A model generated the notes under the pieces. The model had not been told where the DNA came from and ran no database searches. It saw only the letters and a program-made list of their open reading frames with translations. From contig JAYWIR010000010.1 of the NCBI GenBank assembly GCA_036172245.1, positions 310,001-374,000 of the forward strand: a DNA stretch of 64,000 bases, in the 5' to 3' direction. A program made the position numbers and the translations under genes. Position 1 is the first letter of the stretch, and each line of letters opens with the position of its first letter. Shown here in pieces: positions 26,001 through 38,000 of the stretch. Origin of the DNA: Raillietiella orientalis (taxonomy: Eukaryota).

Positions 26001-29000
26001 GTAGAAAACAAAGAACGCCATGCGTTTACCACTTTCTCCCATCGCACATCTTCTTCTAGAGCATCAAAAGATCGGTCGTCTCTCAAAATCGTCTAAGGAC
26101 ACAGGGGCTTCACTGATTGCGATCGAGCTGGACTCCAGTGCTGAAAGCAGATTTTTGCTCCATCCGTCTCGGCTCGCCTATCTATTTGCACCGATTTTTA
26201 GACTTTCTGATCTTCGTGAGATCTTGGAGTAGCGGATTGGACACGGCTGGTAGACTCCAAGAGCGTGCCCGGAAATGAAACACGACTGCATTTCCTTTCT
26301 TCATTGGGGTCGAATCTAAAAAGCCGAATCTTCGTCATGCACTGCAGCATCCACAGAGACACTGCTCAGGTGGGCAAGGATTCGGACCTACTCCTTGCTC
26401 TGAAGCTTCCTGTGCTTCTATCAGTGGCTTCAAACTGAGAATCCTAACCAGATGCCGAGTTTTTCCTTGCTTGCTGCAAATGACTTCACGACTGTTTTCC
26501 CGGTCTCTCTCTTGCAAAGCCACTAAGGAACACCTTCGATCCCTTTTTAATTTCGCAAAAGTACTATTTGCGTCCTTGTCCTTCACTGGACAGTTTCCCT
26601 TCTTCCAGGAAATACTAGATGCGTCGGGCATTTGGTCGCGACGGGGCTGGAGGTTGGCGCACCTCTCGAGTACCAGCAACGTGGACGCTTACGGCGTGCC
26701 GCCCCCTCACGTCCTCCCCCATCGACCCATACCAATGCGGGCTTTCCCGTTCCGACCAGCCTTCATTATTTCTCAACCACCTCTTCCAGAAGGTTGTCGA
26801 ACGCGGCAGCTCGAGGACGGTCTCCCTGTCCCGAACCTGGGAGCCTTGGAGGTGCCTCCAAGCGAAAACGGGCAATGGCGGCGCATTTTGAGGGTGCCAC
26901 GGTGGTGGTTTGCGCCACGGGCGAGTCCTCCGGCAGGCCATCGGCGCATGACCAACCACATCTTTCCGAGGTCCACGTCAGGTGGGGTGGTCCTTCGGGA
27001 CGAATCCTTCGCGAGAATCGAAAGGAACGGAACGAACGGGCGTCCGCCTAAGCGCAAATCGAATCGCTCCCACACGGGCACATCTGTATGTAGCTGCGTA
27101 TTTATTTTGAAGGGGAAGGTATATACATATGTACACGTTACGTGAACTCACTGCCTTTTGGTTGCAATTTTTCTTTCCCCTCAGTACGGGGTGTTTACGA
27201 AAAAGAGGGGTATCCCTGTTTGGATCAAATGCGCGTACTGTCTTAGAAGTCAGCAATACAATTGAAAAGGTATTGAGAATTCTGCTCACTTTAGGGTACA
27301 TTCGGAAGATGCTAGAGTCGTTGTTCATGAGAGAGTCGTTCGTCCTGGACCTGTTCTTTGGTCATTTCTGCTATCCGGGCTGATCAGGCTGGCTTCGATG
27401 ACGAAACGGCTCTCATTTCTACGATAGTAGATATCCTTAATCGAAGTTCTGGCATCGAAGTTCTAGAATAAAAGTCAAGGCTCTAGCATCCAGACTTTTC
27501 ATTCTATGCTCACGCATGTGGCGGAGCGCAGAGGAACGTCTTTCATTTGCTACATTCACAGCATCTACGTTTCAAGATTCAAAGAACTCGATTGCTATCC
27601 AATTTGTGGGACGGGATTTATAATTTCCAATTTGCTTTGCCTATCGCATTTGAACTCTGTCCTTGACCCTATTCTTACTTTGACATTCGACAATTCTCGA
27701 AGATCCTCATGCGTAAGTGCGGACAGATAAAGATCTTTATCTTCCTACATTTGCGGAACTTGTACTCGAAGAAGACCACCTGAGAACAATATCCATTCCC
27801 TTGAAGAATCTGGGATGGACTTCCTAAATCCCACGTTTTGATCCAGCATTAGCTGCCCTTATGAAGAAAGAACTTGTCATGAAATTCGCTGCTTCAAATT
27901 ATGTCCATGGACCCGCAAGAAGGAAGAACACCCGGATGCTTGAAAAACAACGGCGATTTGAACTGCTTCCAAAGCCCAGTTGTCACGTGTGAAGGTCAAA
28001 AGTGATTCGGTAATCAAGATGAAACTTCAGGATGGAGTTTTTGCGTCCTACGACCAATCTGAAATTTCGAGAGTAGATCTAAATGCGGTTTACACTGCCG
28101 TAATGATATTCCCCCAAGGAATCTCTCAGGAAACCTCAAGTTCCCAAATACACCTTGAATGTTTTTCCAAGGATCACAGACGATCTTTTACTTTTTCTGT
28201 GGCGATTTCAACTTTCTGGTCAGTGTCTTCCGGTATAGCATGCCATCTCTCTTGCTCTGAGGAACTTGATGATGATCTTCAAGTTTACTGGGCTTGTGGA
28301 TCGAAAAAGACACTCCCTTAGTAATGCACTTAAAAAGAGAAAAATTAAATATATTACGGTGGGGATAGATTTCTCAACACATTACACGTTATCCTAGACT
28401 TTGGAGGGAGAGCGTTCCCCCAGTTGCCTTTGGTTTCCCATTCTGAAAAAAATTTGTTGAAAATTCGTTCGAAGATCCTATGATGGCATCTAAGAATTTT
28501 GTATTCCCTCTTCTCAATTTTTTCTTCCCTTTCGAGCCGACCTCTAATCACCACAGTTTTCGAAAGAAGAGAGAAAAAAAATGAAGAAAGGAGTATCCCT
28601 TGGTGGCCTAACGGCGGGACGCAAATACAAGCATTGATGAGCAACTTTGAAAACTTAGTATTGACTAGGGCCGCTCTGAGAGCGTATCCTGGAAAACATT
28701 CCGCTTCCTAGGTGACGAAATTCCTGCTGCTGTTGCTCTGTCTTCGGTCAAGTGGCAGTGAATCAGCCATTGAGAAGCAGTCGCTGTTATAAGGCTGCTC
28801 GCCTCAGACTTGTTAACCACTGCGCTGAAGCCTTGCTGGTGAAAGCTGTGGTCAGACTGTGGTCTCCACTTCCAAAATGCCATTCCCGCAGCTCACTCTC
28901 GAGAGCCCCAGAAGTGGAGAATGCAAGGAATAAGAGACCCCGTAAGTCATGCGACGTGAGAGATCCCTCCTCTCCTCCGCTGTCGAGTGGAGGTGCACGC

Positions 29001-32000
29001 GCGGACCCGCCGCCAGTTCACCGTTGTCGTGATGTCGTTCACCGATCAACGACCTCGTGTCCGTGGACGACTGACGGCCACGACAAGGCTGTTGGCACTC
29101 GGGGATTCTCGGGCATTTACTGTGGCTTTCCAGAAAACACAAACTAGTCTTCGGCGAGAAGACGATTCGCCCTTTTGCAGGGGGTCACGCCGTGCCCCCG
29201 CGTAGTCCTGCTCGCTCCCTGTCCACTTGTCCTCGACGACATCCACGAGTGGGGTTGTGTTGGTTTGCCTCATCACCGTCCCAGCACTGTCAGCAGCGTG
29301 CCTCCTGCACCTGACCCGTATGCACCTGCCCTTGCTAGCCCCATTCCTTCCACCGCCCGGGAGTGGGTTCAGTCTTTGATTGCATTTTGGCTGCAGCTCC
29401 ACACTCGCCTGCTGCTGCTGTGCAGCACGCAGAGGAAACTGCGCTGCATCAGCCCGACTCGAAAAGTTGCTGCGACTTTGCGTTTCCCGGAGGAAAAGTC
29501 GGACCTCCTGCGGGTGTCATTGCATTGGAATTTCGTTGGATTTCCTCCGTCAGAAATCAAACAAAAGTCGTTGCTTTGAGGTCGGACCACCGCCTAGGCA
29601 ACGTCCTGCAAGTCTGTACAACAGCATGCTACTTCTTCGCTTTAGGGAAAAAAGAGGTTTTACAGCTGCCAATCTGTACACGCACACACATACAGAGAGA
29701 GAGGGAGAGAGAGAAGAAACAGGAGGAGTCAGTTACAGGTGCAGCGTACGTATACTGTACGCACTTACCGCGCGGTATCTGCCTGTGAGTCCTTCCGAAT
29801 GCGCGAGACGTTAAGAACCGGTCGTTCTTCGTTTAGTAAGTGCTTAGGAAGAAGAAGAGGAACGTGCAACGTCCTGAACCGGTATGGCGATCGATTCTAG
29901 TCAGATGAGGACAATAAAACAACCCCCGGGTGATGAGATTTCGAAAACGATCAGTCTCCACGTGTCAATCTTCAGATACTCGAACCGATTTTCTCCTAAG
30001 ATTTAATCATGCTCGGAGAGAATTCATCGTCCTTGGACGTTCTCCTTCTCACTGAAGTACCGCGGTATATCTGTCTCGACAGCGCAGGGAAATTTGCAGC
30101 ATCAGGGATACCAAGTTGCAACTGATCCTTGACAACGTAGCAGTAGCATAGCAAAACTGTTTCCACGAAGAGTAGACGTACGCTTAAAAGTAGTGCAGTA
30201 AACTGTGGACTCCCTCCTTGAATTTTCCAGGACAGTTATATGGTCTGAGTGTTTCCTGGAATTTACTGCATTCTAAAAGCTTTTGTCGCAGCTGTCCAGA
30301 GCTCCGTTCCTGTGGATTTCGTGGTTCTGTCATTATGAAGCTGATTTTTTGATTTTCCTCTTCACTGCAGTGCGGAGGCTTTGGGCGACGAAAATCAATC
30401 AGCGAATTTTTCTCTTCCTGGAACGAATTCCTTGTTTTTCTCTTCCTGGCTTGAAGTGATTCCGGCTGGCATTCGTAGGGTGGGTTGGGTTCTCCGAATT
30501 GAAGGAAGGTCGGCTGTCTTTTCACAGAGTCCACGGTTGCCTTTTGCTTCCGTGTCGTTCTGATCTTTCTATTTCATAACCCTCCGAAAATCTAAACAAG
30601 GAGCGATCAATAATTAGTGCCAAAAAAAAAATGGCAAATGTGATGACTAATTGATTATTATTGCCTAAATGTTCCCACTCCTGTATGGAGACCTTATAGA
30701 TTTCATTGAGGGTCTGCGTGTTGGAATTCTTCTTTGATGACCTTTTTCCTTCTGAAATTGACGTGATTTTCTTTTCTTTTCTTTTTATTTTTTTTTTTTC
30801 GCGACTCCCGCTTGTAAAACTCAACGGATTTATTTATTCGTCTGCTGGAGGACTTCGCTTTCAGTGAGGCGCAGACAATACCGAATCCAGCCGCGACCTA
30901 TTCTCGAACCTGTTGGCTCCATTAGGCATTCTCCTCTCCTGCCACACTCGAGGCGCCGAACCGCAGCAGAATGTAGCAGCAGTCCATCCGTCCAGCCAGA
31001 TCAAACGGAGCTCCAGAACCCGGGTGGTCGCTTTCGCTCCCAAATCCCTTCCGTTCTCCCGACCCCGCCTTGGTCAGGTTCCCGCGGAACGCGCGGTCTG
31101 GGTCCGCGTTCAGCCAAAGGGTGTTCCGGACTGGTGGGAGCCCAAACCTGCGATTTCGTGCGACCGATGGGGTGTGCGCCTTCCGCCAGATCACCCCTTG
31201 GGGCCATGGGATTTTCGCAGAGTGAAAGTCAGCGAGACGATCGGCGGATCAAGCCTCCTCTTCAGAGGAGTGAACAGAAGCGGTTCCCTTGCGGGTTCCC
31301 TCCGGAGAAGAAATTCCTACTAGCGGGTCCTTTCAACAGAAGTTGAAATGGAGAGGGCCACTCCCCTTCCGGATTCCGGTGGCCCCTCCGGAGAGAATGA
31401 GGAAGGAGATTCGCTTCGGGATTCCCCTTCGGAGACAACCAGGGTGGGAGGTGCGAGCGTGGGAGGGATGGACTCCGAGCCCTTTGCTGGATTCATAGGG
31501 GAGAGCACTTGCAGAAAGGCTGCAAGGTGAACAGATTCGGGTCCTCTTATTTATTATGCAGTTGATATGGAAACCGAAGTCGCACGCAAGGAGCTGAAAA
31601 TCCGCCGCTAGAAACCAAGCTGCGCCCGGAGCCTGCAGATCTCCCTGTCGGTGGGCTGAGCTCGAGGGAACAGCCAAAACCGAATGCACTCTCAATCTGC
31701 TGTCAGATAAAAGGGACTGTGTTTGTGTCAGTTCCTAAAGGTGTCTTCCTAGGTAATCCCAGGGCAGCGATAACTCAGCCGGAAGCGAAAGAACAAGCGT
31801 TTGAGAATGTTTTTTTTTTTTGTTTGTTTGTTTTTATCTCTGGTCCCCATTCTGACGCCTTTTACTGAGGGATCTTATGGATGGGGACGTCTAAACTTTA
31901 AATCAGTGGCATTGCAGGCAACGGGGATTGGTGGAGTATCGAAGTGTAATGACGGCTGAAGCGATCATTGAATGGGGGGGATGGAGAGGGGAGGAGCAGC

Positions 32001-35000
32001 AGGAAGTTGTCAGCAGCACAACTGGTCATTCGGATATGCAAGGGCCTCCGATTTCAGGAAAGCCTCGAGTAAACCCACCTAAGCGTTCCCTCCTAGAGAG
32101 ACGCGGAAAAAGGACGTTTCCGTTACGCAACGGGACCGGATTCGTCCTGAAAGTCCCCACTGCGGTCCAGGACTCAAAGCGGCGAGAATTTCGAGATTCC
32201 GAATGCTAATTCGGAAGATCTCCGGAGGCAACCGAGTGCACGAGAGAGATCGATTCTTCGCTTCCCTCCTTCCTCTCTCCGAGTGCCAGCGATTGCAGAA
32301 CTTTCGAGCAACTTTCTGTGCTGCAGAGACATTTCGGGTTTCTCCCATTCCGGGACCGAAAAGAAGCTCCATTGGCAGCCGCCGAAACGCCTATTGGATT
32401 TCACTTCTAATGATTCCCCTCTTCGGCATCTTTCTTTGCAAATGATTGAGCGGATAATTCCACTAATCACCGCTCCTAGCGAGCACTTGGGTGGCGCTGG
32501 TAGGTTCAGTGATTCATTAAAGTCATGCTGGAAACCGAGTGGAAGGAATCGGCTCTTGGAATCTCCTCTCGAACTCAGCATCATTTGAAGCTGTGCACAT
32601 CCAATGACGCGCGCGGGAAAGCTTTTCACCGGAAGATGCAGCGACTTTCTGTGCCTAATTTCAGGCAGACAAATGTGTGACCTCCTGTGGTTAAATGCGG
32701 AATGCAACGGGGATGCCCCGACGCGAATCCACGAATCGCTGCTGACCACAGGACACTAAAAACTGGCTCCTCATCTTTTCGGACGCGGGTCGGAATTTCC
32801 CCCTTTTTGAAAAAAAATGTGTTCGCAAACACGATTGCCTGTAGCACACGGTTGTCCACCGCGTGCGTCTCTAGTTCTTCGGAGGTCACGCGACATTACG
32901 AACCAGATGGTTCCCGATCCTTTTTTTTTCCAGGTGAGCTCTGGTTTCTTTCTTTCTTTTTTTTTTTTTTTTTTGCCTTCTCCGTCTTTTGGCCAACATA
33001 AATCTTTCCTGTGATCTGCTTACAAATGCCACGTAGAAAAAAGAGAGAATCCGACTGAGCCAAACCGAGAAAAGAGTCACCAGATTTGGGGATTCGTGGC
33101 GAAAATCACGCCAGAAACTGCTTGAAGAAGGTCGTTGCATCCATGGAAGATACAGAACCGACCTTGTGAATTTTGCATGCTTTCAGTATCCCTCTGAAGG
33201 AATAAGTTCCTCCTCGACCTTCTTGCAAACGAAAACAGAGCTAAAAAAAAAAAAAGGAAGTCGGTTCGTTAGCGCAGCTTCAATGATGGCTTGAAACTGG
33301 AGTGGAGCGCGACCGACGCAGCATCCGGACGGGGGGGGGGCACGGACGAGTAAGGAACTACCCACATCCATTCGCTGCTTTCTGCTCGAAACGCAGGACG
33401 GCCAGTCGTGGACAACACGACGAAGATAGAGTTGTGGAAGAAAACGAACCATCGTCTTAGCAGAATTGGAAAGTGGACAACCGGGCTGCTCGGCCGCAAC
33501 TTGCTTTGCAGCAGATTGCACATTGTCCGATCATCGGAGGATGCGTCGGGGAAAGAACAGCCTTTCTTCTCCTCGTCGTGCTTTGTGTGCGTGCGTGCGT
33601 GCGTGCGTGTTCAGCAAACGAGTAAAATAAGGCGTGGATAGAAATTGCAACTCATCCATAGTGTTGGAGGCGACACGGGTGGCTCAGCTCTGTGGTACAA
33701 AAAAGCACTCGCTTCATGGGAGAGACAGGGGGGCATGTGGCACTTCTGGAAAGATGTTGACGCCTTCCGGAAAAAGCAGCGGAGTACTCTGTGCCCATAC
33801 TTGAAGGGGAAGAGACCCCACCTCTTCGTTCTAGCGGGCAGAAGAGGAATTCTGATAACCATCAATGGCAAGATCTTTCGCGAGGTGGTCGGTCCATTCT
33901 TGGAGCTCCGCACTCAATTCATCGGATACTTCGAGAGTTCTCTCGATGTTTGCAACTTCATAAACGAAGGACAGCTCTTTCACTTCGACCGAAGTGAGAG
34001 AGCTGGTCCGCGTTGGTGGCGGTGCGGCTGCGACGGTCACCGCGCGTGGCGCCAGGCGTCGCGGGTTCGAATCCCGCCTGGGAAAGGATCGACGCCGAGA
34101 AATGGGGGTGCGTCGTGGTTTACCAGTTCTCCCCTGCAGGATGGCGCTGGTTGGCCTCGGTTGGCTTGGGGCTTGGCAACGGTGGAAGCCGGATGTCCCC
34201 GTTGACTGGCCGGCGTTGGAAGTTGACCCTCCAGGGTCCTTCCAGGACATCAAAGAGCCATTCTCCACTGGTTGTGAAAAGGGAGACGTCCCTCCTCCCT
34301 ATGGGGTGATCCTCCATCGCGTATCATGGAGGTGGTGGATCGATACCTCCCCAGAGTGTTCAAGAACAGCGCTGCTCCCTTCGGAGAGCGCCTTCCAGAG
34401 AAAATTTGGAAACGTCCTTTCAGGGTTCTCCTCAAAGGAGGAAACCAGGAGTGGTTTCCTCCATCTTGCCAGTTCCCTTCGGAAAAGGAATGTCAGGAGC
34501 AGATCCTTCCCGGGTCACCTTCAGAGAAGAAATGAAGAGTGACTTCTTTCGGGAGGTTCATCGGAGAGAGGAAGGAAGAGGTTCCCTACCAAGAGTAAGC
34601 AAGGAACTGACTGCTCTCTCCGGAGACTTCGTGGATTTATAAGATGCTCCCCTGCTGGGGTGGTCACCTAATCCGAAGAGCTGGACGCACATTCGGGTGG
34701 CGTAGACGGTGATGAAGAGCTTCATGAGCCACCAGGCGAACGGATCTTCAGTACTCAGAGAACCAAAAAAAAAAAAAGAGGTAACTCGAAAAAGGAATAA
34801 AAGATCGGGAAGGAAAGCAGCGAAGACAGAAGAACTTCGGAGGTCACCCCACACCAATGGCAACGGTCTCCCCCTTTTTTTCAAGAAAAAACAAAAAGTT
34901 CTAGTGGAAGCAGACCGTCTGGCAGGAGTAGCGCGCAAGAGAGCTGGATGATTCGCATCCAGAAGGGGAGGTGATTCTGGAACGAAATCCCTCCGAAATC

Positions 35001-38000
35001 AGTAGGGCAGAGAGAGAAATGAAAGTCACGTGGAACGTAAGGGTGAACCCAAACAGGGATTGGGAACTTCGGGCTCTCCTCAAAATCCCAATCGATCGTG
35101 AAAAATAAACACACGTGCTTATTCTACATAGATTAATGTGCAAATTTATTTTGATATACATCCTTTTTCACATTTATTAACATGTTATTAACAATAACAT
35201 TATTTGAACGTGTACATATATATATATATATATATCAACATTCATTAATATACATGTTATTGGTATAATTAATGATTGCTGATTATATTGCTAATGTGCA
35301 TGTGAAAGATTACAAAAACTAAATATGCATGTTTATCATATGTAATTTATATATAGATTAATGTACGAATTTTATTTTAACATCGTTATGATTTGTTAAC
35401 ATATATATAAATGTGCAGATGGAATTTCCGACATGGCTGTGTACATGAAATTCGTACGTCGCCTCCCGACCGTTAGGCTGGGATCAGAGCATATGTGGAA
35501 GAAGCACACGTGTTTGCTTTCCGTGATCTCCCGGGATTTCGATCGGCACCGGGTAACTTCACGTCCCCTGTGTTCCAGGAAGGTCTCATTCTGACGGCCG
35601 ACGGAACTGTTATCCCTAAAGCAGAACGATCGTAGTCTGCTCCAAGGGAGTCAGACTAGTCGTTCCCTTGGTGACGCGAAAAGACGAAAAAGAAAGGCTG
35701 CAAGGAAACGCTCTCACTCCGCCCGGTCCTGCGAGCAGGACAGCCGCTCAAGTTGGGTCGCATGCAAGAAATTTTAAGGAGGTCACGAACAGACCACGAA
35801 GGAGGATTCTCCACCATCTTCGCGGATCCTCTCGATCTGGTTCTTAGGAAGAAGTTACGGGGGGGAAGCTGCGCACCTTGGCTGGTGGCCCGAGGAGCGC
35901 TTCCAGCACATGCCGCCAGAGTATTGGATCTGAAACATGCCACCTCCCTCCTGAACTGCCCCTCTTGGCTCAAGAAAAGCCTTCCTTCCTCCCTTTGAGC
36001 TACCTCGCCGCGAACCATCGGGCAGCACCCTTGGGTCTTTCGAGCTTCCAGGAATTCCTCGCCGAGTGCTCATGACGGAGCAGGCACTTATTCGGAGGAG
36101 GAACCGGGGCTCGCCCTACCTCCACTGTTCCTAATCCGCAGGATCCGTCCGAAAGTCCTCCAGAGGACGGGCGGTGACCCACTGGGCAGCTCTCACCCGT
36201 TGCCCGGGGGGGATCCCGACTCGGTTCCAGGTGTCCCGGTTCCCCGTATTTCCGGGCGCCGCTCTCGATTCGAGCTACCGAGGTTGGAGCCGCTGCTCGA
36301 GTAGTTTCCTTGGGCCGCGCGAGAGGGAGAGACCACTCCCGCCACGCGACCCTTGCACATCCGGGACAACACCGTCCCCGTCGGAGCAATGCTCTCGAAG
36401 CTGGACACATTGCAGGGCAGCATGCCGGACAAAGCGATGCCAAAACGATAGTTGTCCAGCGCTTCTCCTCTGGAACTGACCGCCGCCACCATCCGCGCTG
36501 CTCCGGGAGGTCAGCGATGTCTGGTTCTTGGTAGCAGATCTGGGAAAGGCGGTCGGAAGGTTGTTTCACCGGAGCGACGAAGGAAACCAGGGCAGGGGAT
36601 CTGTGCGTCTTCAGGACCACCACCCGATCGGAGGATGAAAGTCCGATGGTCCTCCTCGACAGCGAGGCATCCCTGAATCACGCAAGGGCGACCTCGCCTT
36701 CCCGCCGAAGGGGGGAGGGAGGGGTGAGAAAGGGTTGAAAGATACCGCTGGCGCGCACGCTGCCGTTCCAACAGTGCAAGAGAAATTGCAATTACGCTTC
36801 GAGAATAATTAAGCTTCAGACTCCAATTACCCTTAAAGCGACGTTAATGGCGATCGCCATAAACTCAGATTTCCGCACGCCTCTTTCCCCTTTGAGCGGA
36901 TGTCCCCCATGGAGACTTTCTGCATAAGGGAGGCCTGCGAACTCCGTTCCGTCATGAATGGAAGGACGAGTGGCACTCCGGTGGCTTCCGGTGGACAGAG
37001 AGGATTCTCTCCGTCTCTCTCCATCCGCCCGGCTTGGTACTCGACCCTGACTGTTCCGCTTCAGCGTCCGTTGCCAATGTCAGCGCGCGACTCCACGCTC
37101 GTCGATTCCGAAGACACATCTGACGAACTCTGTGCAGATTGGAATGCACGTATTTATGTGTACGTATTTTCGATTCCAGGTCAGGTGGGCAACGTCATAA
37201 CAAACAGAAACGCAAATCGCCTCGAATTCGAACGACTGCTGGTAAGCATCCCTCGCCTCCCACCCGGAGTGTGTAGAGATCCACGCATCTCTCTTTCCAT
37301 CTGATCACACGCACTGAGATGCATGAGCCACGGTCCAGCTCCTAATGAATGATTTCTCTACCTTCTAGGACAGCGCTAAGCTGTATATGAGACATCACAA
37401 AGTGCCTAGAGACATGCAAAGAACAGTTCAAAGATGGTATGATTACAGTTGGTCCAGGTGAATTTTCTGCTTTCCATGCTGTTCTGGGGGTAATTCGGAT
37501 GGGTCTTTCTAGGGGACGGCTGCAAGGGGCGGGAGATATTAACACTGCTTTGGGAATTTTGCCCGACAAACTGAAAACAGAATTAGCACTTCACGTCAAC
37601 CTCATCACCTTGAAGAAGGTAACTTCTTCCTGTTCTTTCGATCGAGTTTCGGCTTCGAATACTCCAACAGGAGTTCAGGGAAAGTAAACTCTGCTCTTCC
37701 TTAAATACTTCTTCAGAGAGATGGCAGTTGTGATAGTAGAAGTAGCATCAGTTGCGATGAGGATGGTCTGAGAGTAGTGAGGCAGTAAAGTGCGCGGATG
37801 AGCATCAGCTTCTGTTCCGCAAATGACAGGGAAATTCCCCAACGCCCGGTTTTAGAGAACAGGAGTCACCTACTTGATTTTTCCCAACTCCTAACGCATG
37901 AATGGACCAGTGCCATCCCTTCGACCGACAGATTTCCGTATTAAATCAAAAGTCAATCATTTCCTGAATGCCTCCAGGACTTTCAAGCAGAAAATATGGG

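Noticed and set aside
34005..34085. tRNA gene
   Set aside because: Only the T-arm/B box is intact; there is no full cloverleaf, and it heads a longer repeated body, so it is a SINE head.
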